Position numbers and translations under genes: made by a program. From assembly GCA_963759295.1 (NCBI GenBank), contig CAVWYT010000012.1:3604-67603 (forward strand): a DNA stretch of 64,000 nucleotides, read 5' to 3'. The notes under the pieces were generated by a model. That model worked only from the letters and a program-made list of their open reading frames with translations. It was not told where the DNA came from and did not search any database. The DNA comes from an uncultured Solirubrobacterales bacterium (GTDB lineage Bacteria > Actinomycetota > Thermoleophilia > Solirubrobacterales > 70-9). Shown here piece by piece: positions 21,450-30,309 of this stretch. Position 1 is the first letter of the stretch; each line of letters starts with the position of its first letter.

Positions 21450-22325
21450 TCAGGTCTCCTCCTTCAGGGCACGGGCCGTCGCGCGGCGCAGCGCTCGCCG
21501 GGTGAGCACACCGGCGAGGTGGCGCTTGTACTCGACCGGTCCGCGACCGTCGGCGCTCGGCGAGCAGTCGGCGGAGGCGATCTCTCCCGCCTCGGCGAAC
21601 AGCTCATCCGATGGCGACTTGCCGCGCAGCGTCTCCTCGGCCCGAGACAGGTGGACCGTCGTCATGCCGACGGCGCTGAGCGCGATCCCGGCGTCGGCGA
21701 TCGTGCCGCCATCGATCCAAACGGCCGCCGAAGCCGCGGCGATCGCCCAATCGCCGGCGCGGCGCTCGACCTTCTCGTGCGCGCTGCCCGCCCCGGGCCG
21801 CACCGGGACGCGGACCTCGGTCAGCAGCTCGCCGGCGCCGACCGCGGTCATGTAGGGGCCGATGTGGAAGTCCTCCATGCCGACCACCCGCTCGCCGTCG
21901 GCTCCGCGGATCACGACCCGAGCCTTGGCGGCCGAGCAGACGGCCGAGAGGTCCTCCGCCGCGTCGGCCTGGCAGAGAGAGCCGCCGATCGTGCCGCGGT
22001 TGCGGACGACGGGGTCGGCGATCACGGTCTCCGCGTCGGCGAACAGCGGCAGGCGCTCGGCGAGCAGCTCCGACTCGAGCAGATCAACGTGCCGTGTCAG
22101 CGCGCCGATCCTGACCTCGCCGTCGGCCTCGCGGATGTAGGAGAGCTCGGCGAGCTCGTTGATGTCGACGAGGTGCGAGGGACTCGCCAGTCGCAGCTTC
22201 ATCATCGGCAGCAGGCTGTGGCCACCGGCGATCACCCGGGCGCCCGAGCCGAGCCGCCCGAGCGCCTCGATCGCGCCCTCGACGCTCCTCGCGCGCTCGT
22301 AATCGAATGGCGCCGGCGTCTGCAA
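21450..22325 (-). CDS. coxM: CO dehydrogenase medium FAD-binding subunit
   Basis: The 291-aa product has an FAD_binding_5 pattern [18 protein letters not shown] and a CO_deh_flav_C tail. It uses a TTG start at 22323-22325, 3 nt after the upstream stop. Confidence 0.9.
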   Translation of the reverse strand: MQTPAPFDYERARSVEGAIEALGRLGSGARVIAGGHSLLPMMKLRLASPSHLVDINELAELSYIREADGEVRIGALTRHVDLLESELLAERLPLFADAETVIADPVVRNRGTIGGSLCQADAAEDLSAVCSAAKARVVIRGADGERVVGMEDFHIGPYMTAVGAGELLTEVRVPVRPGAGSAHEKVERRAGDWAIAAASAAVWIDGGTIADAGIALSAVGMTTVHLSRAEETLRGKSPSDELFAEAGEIASADCSPSADGRGPVEYKRHLAGVLTRRALRRATARALKEET

Positions 22326-22328
22326 CCG

Positions 22329-22967
22329 CTACCCCTCTGGGCTCGAATCGCGGACCGGAAGCCGCCTGCGAGGCGCACCAACGTCCTCGCGCTGCTCGTA
22401 CTGGACGGGGGAATCGGTGCCGATCACCGGCGATCGCGGCAGGTTCGGTGGGCTCTCGTGACGGACGGACGGGTACAGCTCGCGCGCAGCCAGGCTGCCC
22501 CCCTCGACGTTCCTCAGCACCTCGCCCGGTGTCGGGCTGGCGGCGGCGATCGGCGCCTCGCGGCCGAGCCGCGCGAGGGTCAGCGTGCCCTTCGTGTAGA
22601 CCTCGCCGATCCGCGGCGGGATGACCTCGGTGCTGTCCGGGAAATTGCGCAATCCCGCCGCGGCGGCCCCGGGATACAGGCCTTCGATCAGGCCGACCGC
22701 GTCGCCGAGGCCCGCCTTCTTCACCAGCAGCCCCTCGAGCAGGTCGACGCCGGCGTCGAGTTGCTGGTTGATCGCGACCACGACGTCGTTGACCGGCGCG
22801 GTCTTGGAGACGATCTCACCGACTGCAGAGATCACCTCGTCGAGGCCCGCCGTGATCCTGCGCAGCGCGATGATCGTCGAGACGAGGTAGTAGACGAGCG
22901 CGAGCACGATCAGCACGACCGCGACGATCATCACCACCGCCGGCGCGACGACCCCGATGACGAGCAT
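22329..22967 (-). CDS. Membrane-anchored protein P4 (N-terminal TM + helical region + Pro-rich tail), unknown function
   Basis: The 212-aa product has a TM segment VVAPAVVMIVAVVLIVLALVYYLVSTIIAL, followed by RRITAGLDEVISAVGEIVSKTAPVNDVVVAINQQLDAGVDLLEGLL. It ends 3 nt before the coxM start. Confidence 0.6.
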   Translation of the reverse strand: MLVIGVVAPAVVMIVAVVLIVLALVYYLVSTIIALRRITAGLDEVISAVGEIVSKTAPVNDVVVAINQQLDAGVDLLEGLLVKKAGLGDAVGLIEGLYPGAAAAGLRNFPDSTEVIPPRIGEVYTKGTLTLARLGREAPIAAASPTPGEVLRNVEGGSLAARELYPSVRHESPPNLPRSPVIGTDSPVQYEQREDVGAPRRRLPVRDSSPEG

Positions 22968-22974
22968 GCTCGGG

Positions 22975-23241
22975 CTACTCCTTCTCCGCGTCGTCGACGA
23001 TCACGTCGAGCGAGCCGCCGTAGTCCGCGACTCCGGCGACCGTCTGCGCAACCTGCTCGCGGGTGGTCAGCAGCAGGGCCGTGGCGTCGAGGTCCTTCGA
23101 GCCCGCTCTTGCGACGCTCGCAATCGTCTCGACCGTGGGGACGATGCTCTGCGCCGCGGCGAGGACGCCACGAAGCAGATAGACGACCACGGGGAGGATC
23201 GCGACGAGCAGGACGATGCTCCCGATCCACCACAGGGTCAT
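22975..23241 (-). CDS. Small membrane protein P3 (TM + amphipathic helix), unknown function
   Basis: The 88-aa product is MTLWWIGSIVLLVAILPVVVYLLRGVLAAAQSIVPTVETIASVARAG.... The start overlaps the P2 stop as ATGA. Confidence 0.6.
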   Translation of the reverse strand: MTLWWIGSIVLLVAILPVVVYLLRGVLAAAQSIVPTVETIASVARAGSKDLDATALLLTTREQVAQTVAGVADYGGSLDVIVDDAEKE

Positions 23242-23807
23242 CGCGGCCTCCTCTCGGCGACGACCGCGGCCTTGCGCGCGATCCCCGGGAGCGCGGAGAG
23301 GATCACCTCGAACTGAGCGTTGATCGCCTTCACCGCGGGCTCGAGCGGACGCAGGTGCTGTGTCTCGACATCGCCAAGCGCGGTGGCGAGGGTCCCCAGG
23401 CCCTCCGAGATCGCCTCGAGGCCGCGGCGAATCAGGATCAGCGCGATCGCGAGCACCGCGACGACGACCAGAGCGAGCACGACGCTGAGCACGATCTGGA
23501 GGTCGGTGCTCATCGTCTGCGCCTGCTCGGAGAAGCCGTCGGTGAGCGCGTTCATGTAGCCGTCCTGGATCACGGCCTCGTCGACGATCTGGGCGAGGAC
23601 GGGCGCGGTCGCCTCGAGCTGCGGGATGTTCGCCGTGTTCGCGCCGACCTCACCGGCGATCTGAAGCAAGCCGTCGACCGAGCGCTTGATCCGGCCGACC
23701 TGCATCAGCAGCATCACCAACAGGGCCGCGACCACGAGCGCGGCGACCAGCCCGATGACCAACGCGATCGTCCAGTAGGTCGTGCCCGAGATCGCGACGA
23801 GGATCAT
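23238..23807 (-). CDS. Membrane protein P2 (two tandem TM + helix modules), unknown function
   Basis: The 189-aa product starts at the internal MILVAISGTTYW. TM1 is TIALVIGLVAALVVAALLVMLLM, followed by QVGRIKRSVDGLLQIAGEV. TM2 is IVLSVVLALVVVAVLAIALILI, followed by RRGLEAISEGLGTLATAL. The start overlaps the P1 stop as ATGA. Confidence 0.6.
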   Translation of the reverse strand: MILVAISGTTYWTIALVIGLVAALVVAALLVMLLMQVGRIKRSVDGLLQIAGEVGANTANIPQLEATAPVLAQIVDEAVIQDGYMNALTDGFSEQAQTMSTDLQIVLSVVLALVVVAVLAIALILIRRGLEAISEGLGTLATALGDVETQHLRPLEPAVKAINAQFEVILSALPGIARKAAVVAERRPR

Positions 23808-24061
23808 TTCCCGACCGCCACCTTTCGAAGAGCGCGAGCGGCGTGCAGGATCCTGATGCCCGAGTCGTTGATCCGCTCGATGCCGCCGAGCTCGGCGGTC
23901 TGCCGGCGCACCGCGCCGACCCCCTCCTCGGCGGTTCTCGCCTGACCGGCGATCCTCGTCGCCAGCGCCACGATCGTGATCACGATCACCGCGGCGACCG
24001 CGATCACGACAACTCCGAGGATGATCCCCACCACCCATCCGGTGGATGCCGCCGTCAGCAT
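23804..24061 (-). CDS. Small membrane protein P1 (TM + helix), unknown function; first gene of the cox operon
   Basis: The 85-aa product starts at the internal MLTAASTGWVVGIILGVVVIAVAAVIVITIVALATRIAGQARTAEEGVGAV.... The longer ORF-track start at 24142 adds an Arg/Gly-rich leader that is unlikely to be real. Confidence 0.55.
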   Translation of the reverse strand: MLTAASTGWVVGIILGVVVIAVAAVIVITIVALATRIAGQARTAEEGVGAVRRQTAELGGIERINDSGIRILHAARALRKVAVGK

Positions 24062-24203
24062 CGAGGGACCTCGAAGAGACCCGGGGAGACTGCGATCACC
24101 TGCTCCTGCTGCACTCCGCTCCTCCGCTGCCAACCCTAGCAACGATGTGCACCACGTCCCGGGCAGCGGTCGAGGGGCGTTAGCCTGAGAAACGGAGCAG
24201 CAC

Positions 24204-25358
24204 GTGAGCGCCTTGTCGAGTTCCGAGCGGACCGCGGTCGAGTGGCTGCGCCAGGGGCGGCGGGTCGTCAGCGCCGCGCTCGTCGACCGTATCGGCTCGG
24301 CGCCGCTCGACCCCGGGGCTCAGATGCTGATCGACGACCGCGGCAACATCGAGGGATCGGTGACCGGCGGCTGCGTGGAGGCCGCGCTCGTCGAGGAGGC
24401 GCAGCGGATCCTCGCCGGCGGCGAGGCCAGGGTCGTGACCTACGGCGTCTCCGACGAGGAGGCCCTCGGAGTCGGGCTCATGTGTGGGGGCACGGTCCGC
24501 GTGTTCGTGCACGAATACGACGAGGATGCGGTCGAGACGCTCGAGGCTGCGGCCGTCGCCCGCGCCGCCGACCGGCCGGTGGCCAGGGCCACGCTCCTCG
24601 ACGGAGATCGCGCCGGGGCCTCGATCTCGATCCTCGAAGACCGCGTTCTGGGCAGCCTCGGGATCGCCGACCTGCTCGATCGCTCGGTGGCGCGCGACGC
24701 GCGCGGACAGCTCGACGAGGGGGTTTCGCGCATCCGCCGCTACGGCGCGGGGGGCGAGGTGATGGGCTCCGAGCTGGCGGTCTACATTCAGGCGTTCGCG
24801 ACCCCGCCCCGGATGGTCATCTTCGGTGCGATCGACTTCTCCGCGGAGACGGCCAACGTCGCCGCCGACATCGGCTACAGGGTCACGATCTGCGATGCCC
24901 GCGAGCCGTTCGTCAAGAGCCCACGGTTCACGCGCAACGCGGAGGTCGTCGTCGACTGGCCCGACCGCTACCTGAGCGGGCAGGAGCTCGGGCCGCGCGA
25001 CGTGGTCCTGGTCTTCACCCACGATCCGAAGTTCGACGAGCCCGCGTTGACCGCCGCGCTGGCCACCGAGGTCGGATACATCGGCGCGCTCGGCAGTCGC
25101 CGCACCCAAGAACGACGGCTCGAGCGCCTGCGCGATGCCGGCCTCGACGAGCGGTCGATCGCCAGGCTCCACGCGCCCTGCGGGCTCGACGTCGGCGCCC
25201 GCACCCCGGCGGAGACCGCTGTCTCGATCCTCGCCGAGGTGATCGCCGTCCGCACCGGCCGCACGGGCGAGAGCCTGCGGGAGACGAGCGGCCCGATCCA
25301 TCCCGAGACCGCCTCACAGGAGGGCCGCTCGACGCCTGCCGCCGACGCGGTCGGCTGA
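24204..25358 (+). CDS. XdhC/CoxF-family molybdoenzyme maturation protein (divergent from the cox operon)
   Basis: The 384-aa product uses a GTG start with GGAG upstream. It reads ALVDRIGSAPLDPGAQMLIDDRGNIEGSVTGGCVEAALVEEA...MCGGTVRVFV, then MVIFGAIDFSAETANVA...YIGALGSRRT...LHAPCGLDVGARTPAETAVSILAEV. Confidence 0.9.
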   Translation: MSALSSSERTAVEWLRQGRRVVSAALVDRIGSAPLDPGAQMLIDDRGNIEGSVTGGCVEAALVEEAQRILAGGEARVVTYGVSDEEALGVGLMCGGTVRVFVHEYDEDAVETLEAAAVARAADRPVARATLLDGDRAGASISILEDRVLGSLGIADLLDRSVARDARGQLDEGVSRIRRYGAGGEVMGSELAVYIQAFATPPRMVIFGAIDFSAETANVAADIGYRVTICDAREPFVKSPRFTRNAEVVVDWPDRYLSGQELGPRDVVLVFTHDPKFDEPALTAALATEVGYIGALGSRRTQERRLERLRDAGLDERSIARLHAPCGLDVGARTPAETAVSILAEVIAVRTGRTGESLRETSGPIHPETASQEGRSTPAADAVG

Positions 25359-25417
25359 GCGAAACCTCGACCGGGCCGGGGCCGCAATTCTCGGGGGAGC
25401 TACCCGAAGCTCGATTC

Positions 25418-28400
25418 TCAGCCGAACAGTTCGGCCGGGGCCGCCTCGAGCGCGGCCTCGGTCGCCCGACGGCCCGCTTCGACCGCCGCGTCCATCTGGT
25501 GGAACTCGAGCAGGCCGACCCCGGGGGCGCGGGGCTCGATGACGAGGTTCGCGTACTTGCGCGAGGCCTGCGCGGTGTTGCTGCTCGCCAGCAAAAAGAG
25601 CCGGCCCAGGGTCTCGCCGAGCCCCGGCGGTGGGCGATCGGTGAAGCCGGCTGCGGCGACCTCGGGCAGGCCGTTTCCAGCCTCCTGATGCGTCCGAGAC
25701 GATGATCCGTTGCTGGCGCGGATGTCGACCGCGATCACGGGCCCCTCGCCGAGCTCCGCCATCGTCGCGACGGGGAGGTTGTCGATCAGGCCGCCGTCGA
25801 CGAGCAGCCGCTCGCCGCGGATCTGCGGCGGGGCAAGGACGGGCAGGCACATGCTGGTGCCGATGTGGTCCACCAGCCGCCCGTTGCGGTGGACGACCAA
25901 CTCGGAGCGGCGCAGATCGGCGCTCGCGCAAAAGAAGGAGCGCTCGATCTCCTCGAAGCGCACCTCCCCGAACACGCCCTGCAGCATCTCGAGGAAGCGC
26001 TGACCCCTGATCATCGCGTGGCGAGGGAACCGCCAGTCGTTGAGCGGGTAGCGGCGGACCCAGCTCTCATACGCGATCGCGTCGATCTCCTCGGGGTCGA
26101 GCCCCGCCGCGTAAAGACCGCCGAGGAATGCCCCCATGCTCACGCCCGCGACCCGATCGACGACGATCCCCGCCGCCTCGAGCTGCTCGATCACGCCGAT
26201 GTGCGCGAACGCCCTGGCGCCGCCGCCGGAGAGCACCAGCCCGACGGAACGACCGCAGAGCCGACGAGCCAACCTGCCGACGTCGGCGGCGCGGTCCTCG
26301 ACACGGAGCAGGTGATGCTCGATCGGCTCGAGCATCTCGACCAGCTCCGCAAGCGCCCCTGAGCCCTGCTGGACGTCGCAGGCCACGAGATCGGCCCCGT
26401 GCAGCGCCGGATCGATCTCACCGTCGATCGCGTCGCCCGGTCCCGCGATCACGAGGATGCGGTCCGCCTGCTGGACGCAGAACCGCCGCCAGTCCGGCGA
26501 GGAATCGGGCCCCACCGGCAGGACGACGACACCTGCCTCGGCCTCGGCACGATCGAGATGCGGTCCGAACGCCGCCACGTCCCCGTCCCCGCCGCGAGTG
26601 TGGGCCTCGGGCAGGCGGGCGGCGGGCGCGAACTGGCGCAGGGATTCGGTCAGGTCGGCGGCCAGTTCGTCGGCCCGATCGGCGTCGCCCAGGGCGAGGA
26701 GCGTGATCGTTGCGGCCACCGGCCGGGCTGCGAACTTGACGCCCTCCGACTCCGCCAGTTGCCGCGCGAGCTGCAGGTTCAAGGCCCGCGAGAGCTCGAG
26801 CGAGGAATCGAGCAGGCGCTGGAAGCTCCGCTCTCCGATCTCGACCAGCTCACAGTCACGCGCTGCCCTGATCGAGGCGGCACGCGGCTCACCGGTGATC
26901 AGCGCCAGCTCGCCGAGTGCCGCGCCCCTGCCCAGCTCGCGAAACACCTCTCCGTCCTGATCGACGATCTCGATTCGGCCCGCCCGGACCACGTACATGG
27001 CGTCGCCCGCATCACCCTCCTTGAACAGCCAGTCGCCGGCCGGGAGCCGGATCTCGTTCGCCGTTGCGGCGACCTCCTCCAGCAGGCTCGAGTCCAGGGT
27101 CGAAAACAGTGGCACCCGGGCGAGGAAGTCGGCCAGCGACTCGTGGATCGGGCCGGCGTCGCCCGGCTGCACGGACAGCGGCAGCTCGGCGACCGGGGCG
27201 GCCTTGGCCTGGAAGCTGCTCACGTGGGGTGGGGCGAGCGCGACCCGCATCGCGTCGGCCAGCGCCGGTACCCGCGCCGCCGCCTGCGCCGGACTGACCC
27301 CGCCCATGGCGAGGCCGCCGATGCCGGCGGTGAGCAGGCAACCGGCGGCGAACAGCCAGGCGTCGTCGAACGCCGCCACGGCGTCCTCGAGGGTCTCGGG
27401 AGTGCCGAGGATGGCGACCACCATCGCGACGCCGACCGCAGCTCCAACCTGACGTACGACCGAGGAAACGCCGGTCGCGGTCGCGAAGCTCTCACCCGGC
27501 GCCGAAGCGACGGCCGCGGAGCTCACGTTCGGGAAGGTGATCCCGGCGCCGAGGCCGAGGAGGATCACCCCCGGCAGCCATTCCGCCAGGTACGCGGGCT
27601 CGGGCCCGACCCTCAGAACCAGCCACATCACCCCGCCGGCCCAGATCAGTCCCCCGATCGCGACCACCGGCCGGTAGCCGATCCGCAGCGCGAGCCGGCT
27701 GAAAGGCCCGGCGATCGCGGCGGCGACGAACGGGCCGGGCGTGATCGCGAGGCCGGCCTGCAGGACCGTGTAATCCCACACGCCGGTGAGGAAGAGGACG
27801 TTGAGCAGCGTGTAGCCGAAGAAGCCGGCGGCGCCGATCACGCTGACTGCGTTGGCGACCGAGAAGGTCCGGTTGGCGAACAGCCGAGTGTCAACGACCG
27901 GCGCCCGGTGCCGTCGCGACCTGGCGACGAACGCCGCCAGGCAGAGCGCCGACACGCTGACGCAGGCGATCACGCCGGCGGAGGTCCAACCCCAGTCGCC
28001 GCCGTTGACGATCGCGACCACGAGGATCGCCACGGCGAACGCAAACAGCGCCGCGCCGGGCATATCCGGAAGCCGCCTGCGTCCCGCCTCGCGGCTCTCG
28101 ACCAGCTCCCGAGAGGCGAGCACGTACGCCGCGGCTCCGATCGGCAGGTTGATCACGAACACGAGCCGCCAGTCGGCGAGCGCGATCAAGAAACCACCGA
28201 TCGCGGGGCCGAGCCCGGCCGCGAGGGCGCCGATCGCGGAGATCAGCGCCACCGCGTGCGAGCGCTGCTCGACCTCGAAGCCGTGCAGCACCAGCGCCAG
28301 CCCGGCGGGGACCATCGCGGCGGCCCCGAGTGCCTGGATGACGCGGAAGGCGACCAGCACCTCGACCGACCAGGAGGTCGCGCACAGCAGGGACCCGAGG

Positions 28401-28702
28401 CCGAAGACCGCGAGTCCAACCAAAAAGACCCGCTTGCGGCCGATGACGTCGGCGAGTCGCCCGAACGGAAGCAGGAACGCCGCGAAGACGACGTTGTAGC
28501 CGTTGAGAATCCAGGAGAGCCCGCCGATGCTGGTTTCCGGGAACGACCGGGCAATGTCGGGAAAGGCGATATTGACGATCGTCGCGTCGAGAAATGCGAG
28601 AAAGAAACCGAGCGACGCGATCCCCAGGACCGATCGCGATGACGGCACCGAGCGCGCGCGCAGGCTGCGACGCTCGATTGCGGATCCCCCGGTTTGGGTC
28701 AT
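25418..28702 (-). CDS. Tri-domain protein: 14-TM MFS (DHA2-like) transporter + cyclic-nucleotide-binding domain + patatin-like phospholipase (NTE-like)
   Basis: The 1094-aa ORF is intact. The MFS N-half reads LDATIVNIAFPDIA...GRLADVIGRKRVF. The cNMP domain reads FKEGDAGDAMYVVRAGRIEIV...GRGAALGELALITGEPRAASIRA. The patatin domain has GLVLSGGGARAFAHIG (oxyanion), GVSMGA (GxSxG) and LVDGGLIDNLPV (catalytic Asp). Confidence 0.9.
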   Translation of the reverse strand: MTQTGGSAIERRSLRARSVPSSRSVLGIASLGFFLAFLDATIVNIAFPDIARSFPETSIGGLSWILNGYNVVFAAFLLPFGRLADVIGRKRVFLVGLAVFGLGSLLCATSWSVEVLVAFRVIQALGAAAMVPAGLALVLHGFEVEQRSHAVALISAIGALAAGLGPAIGGFLIALADWRLVFVINLPIGAAAYVLASRELVESREAGRRRLPDMPGAALFAFAVAILVVAIVNGGDWGWTSAGVIACVSVSALCLAAFVARSRRHRAPVVDTRLFANRTFSVANAVSVIGAAGFFGYTLLNVLFLTGVWDYTVLQAGLAITPGPFVAAAIAGPFSRLALRIGYRPVVAIGGLIWAGGVMWLVLRVGPEPAYLAEWLPGVILLGLGAGITFPNVSSAAVASAPGESFATATGVSSVVRQVGAAVGVAMVVAILGTPETLEDAVAAFDDAWLFAAGCLLTAGIGGLAMGGVSPAQAAARVPALADAMRVALAPPHVSSFQAKAAPVAELPLSVQPGDAGPIHESLADFLARVPLFSTLDSSLLEEVAATANEIRLPAGDWLFKEGDAGDAMYVVRAGRIEIVDQDGEVFRELGRGAALGELALITGEPRAASIRAARDCELVEIGERSFQRLLDSSLELSRALNLQLARQLAESEGVKFAARPVAATITLLALGDADRADELAADLTESLRQFAPAARLPEAHTRGGDGDVAAFGPHLDRAEAEAGVVVLPVGPDSSPDWRRFCVQQADRILVIAGPGDAIDGEIDPALHGADLVACDVQQGSGALAELVEMLEPIEHHLLRVEDRAADVGRLARRLCGRSVGLVLSGGGARAFAHIGVIEQLEAAGIVVDRVAGVSMGAFLGGLYAAGLDPEEIDAIAYESWVRRYPLNDWRFPRHAMIRGQRFLEMLQGVFGEVRFEEIERSFFCASADLRRSELVVHRNGRLVDHIGTSMCLPVLAPPQIRGERLLVDGGLIDNLPVATMAELGEGPVIAVDIRASNGSSSRTHQEAGNGLPEVAAAGFTDRPPPGLGETLGRLFLLASSNTAQASRKYANLVIEPRAPGVGLLEFHQMDAAVEAGRRATEAALEAAPAELFG

Positions 28703-28891
28703 GACTGCAACAAAGGGATGTGGCTCAGGCTACGTGCTACGTGAACGCCAGCCACGCTACCGCGTCGCGTCCCGTCGACCAATACGTGACACGAAAGATG
28801 CGACCAGGGCCGGAGGGATCCAGCCTCTTCCCCATGCCCGGAGCGCACGGCACCGCGCGCCCGGGCGATCGCGACCCTCTCGGCAGTCGGC

Positions 28892-29071
28892 CTACTTGCG
28901 CAGCGCGTCTCGCAGGTGTCCGCGCTTCTTTCGCGCCGACCCCTTCGCCTGGCGACCCTGACCCTTCGCCTTGCTTCGCTCACGGCCGGACAGGGCTCCG
29001 GCCGCCTCCTTGACCCGGCCGCGCACCTTGTCGAAGGTGCCTCCGGCCTTGTCGCGTCCTCTGCTTCTCAT
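28892..29071 (-). CDS. CsbD-like small general-stress protein
   Basis: Not in the track because it is only 59 aa. The product is MRSRGRDKAGGTFDKVRGRVKEAAGALSGRERSKAKGQGRQAKGSARKKRGHLRDALRK*. GGAAGGAG lies upstream. The pattern G..dk.kGk.KE..G......l...G...q..G matches the CsbD family. Confidence 0.65.
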   Translation of the reverse strand: MRSRGRDKAGGTFDKVRGRVKEAAGALSGRERSKAKGQGRQAKGSARKKRGHLRDALRK

Positions 29072-29164
29072 CGTCGACTCCTTCCCGCCGCGGGCGAGGT
29101 GTCACTCGCCCACGGGACTCGTATTAGCGATGTCGAGGGCGCCGCGTGCGGCGCCGATGCGCGG

Positions 29165-30115
29165 TCAGGAGGCGGTCTTTGCCTTCGAGCCGTTCTCGGC
29201 ACGGGAGCCATTGCGGCTCGTCCGACGCGAGGAGCCGCGCGACTTGGAGCTCGATCCCGAGCTGCGCGCCTTCTTCACCTTGCCCTCCTCGATCGTGCCG
29301 CGCCACCCCTCCTCGGGCTCGTGATCGAGCTCGACATAGGCCTTGAACCGGTGCAGGTCACCGCGCACCGCGCGCTTGACGAACCGCATTCCCCGGCTCG
29401 CCTTGTCGATGATGTTCGACGGCTGCACGTCGAGCGTCAGGTCGACCCGGGTCAGGTTCTCCGACAGCTGATGGAAGGTGACCAGACCGGTGTGGGCATA
29501 GCCCTCGGTCACGTTCCACTCGATGCGCTCGTCGGGCCGTTGCTCGAAGATGTCGGCCTCGAAGCGCTTGTTGATGCCCCAGATCTTCGCGTGGAAGGAG
29601 ACCGTCGCATCGTCGACCTGCTCGGCGCTCTCGATCCGGTGCATGAACTCCGGCCAATCCTCGAACCGGGTCCAATGGTCGTAGACGACCGATACCGGAA
29701 CCGCGACGTCGATCGCCTGCTGGATCGGCATCCGGCGCCCGCTTCCGTGACCGGGCGCGGCGCGGCCCTCGGAGTCGTCCTCGTCGCCGGCGTCCTTGCT
29801 GCCGCCGCCGAACAGTCCCTTCAGGCGTCCGCCGCCGAGCAGCTCGCTCGGTGAGTCCGGCGTCGCCTGCTTGACCGTGTCCTGAACCTGTGACTTGGCC
29901 TTCTCCTTGGCCTGGTCGCCGAGCTCGGAGACCTTGCCGGACACCTTCGGAAGCCCGACTTTCGCCAGCCCCTGCGCCGCCAGCGGCACCGCCGCCAGCG
30001 CCACTCCCGCCACCGCGAGCCGCTTCGGGTCGCTGACCACGCTGTCGCTGCTCGCGACGCGCTGCGCCGCCTGCTTGGCGCCCTTGCCCACCTTCTCGAT
30101 TCCCGTGCCTGCCAT
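29165..30115 (-). CDS. SRPBCC (polyketide cyclase/dehydrase-like, START-fold) protein with disordered N-region and Ser/Arg/Lys-rich C-tail
   Basis: The 316-aa product has the core IQQAIDVAVPVSVVYDHWTRFEDWPEFMHRIESAEQVDDATVSFHAKIWGINKRFEADIFEQRPDERIEWNVTEGYAHTGLVTFHQLSENLTRVDLTLDV. The tail is KKARSSGSSSKSRGSSRRTSRNGSRAENGSKAKTAS. Confidence 0.8.
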   Translation of the reverse strand: MAGTGIEKVGKGAKQAAQRVASSDSVVSDPKRLAVAGVALAAVPLAAQGLAKVGLPKVSGKVSELGDQAKEKAKSQVQDTVKQATPDSPSELLGGGRLKGLFGGGSKDAGDEDDSEGRAAPGHGSGRRMPIQQAIDVAVPVSVVYDHWTRFEDWPEFMHRIESAEQVDDATVSFHAKIWGINKRFEADIFEQRPDERIEWNVTEGYAHTGLVTFHQLSENLTRVDLTLDVQPSNIIDKASRGMRFVKRAVRGDLHRFKAYVELDHEPEEGWRGTIEEGKVKKARSSGSSSKSRGSSRRTSRNGSRAENGSKAKTAS

Positions 30116-30135
30116 CGCTCTCCTCAGTTCATCGT

Positions 30136-30309
30136 TTAGTTGCCGTCGGCCTCACCGCCGCCGCGAAGCAGCCGGAAGACCACGATCCCGGTCACCGCGC
30201 CCGCCACCGTCGCCCCCGCGGCCGCGCCAACCGGCCCGGGCCGGTCGCCGTGCATACGCTGGGCAACCGGACGGACAACGGCGTCGCGGGCCTTTTCCTT
30301 GACACTCAA
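30136..30309 (-). CDS. Small single-TM protein (57 aa), hypothetical; missed by the ORF track
   Basis: A TTG start overlaps the putative upstream stop (cTTGAg). The product is (M)SVKEKARDAVVRPVAQRMHGDRPGPVGAAAGATVAGAVTGIVVFRLLRGGGEADGN*. GC3 is much higher in this frame than in the overlapping tail of track ORF 30152-30607. GAGGAG for the next gene follows. Confidence 0.4.
   Translation of the reverse strand: MSVKEKARDAVVRPVAQRMHGDRPGPVGAAAGATVAGAVTGIVVFRLLRGGGEADGN

Noticed and set aside
29165-30115. The SRPBCC protein was considered as CoxG, the CODH membrane-anchoring subunit.
   Set aside because: It lies 7 kb from the cox operon, separated by a divergent XdhC gene and the large MFS-patatin gene. 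It sits in a different, tightly coupled operon. The sequence looks like the polyketide-cyclase/dehydrase subgroup. I cannot support a CoxG call without a profile search.
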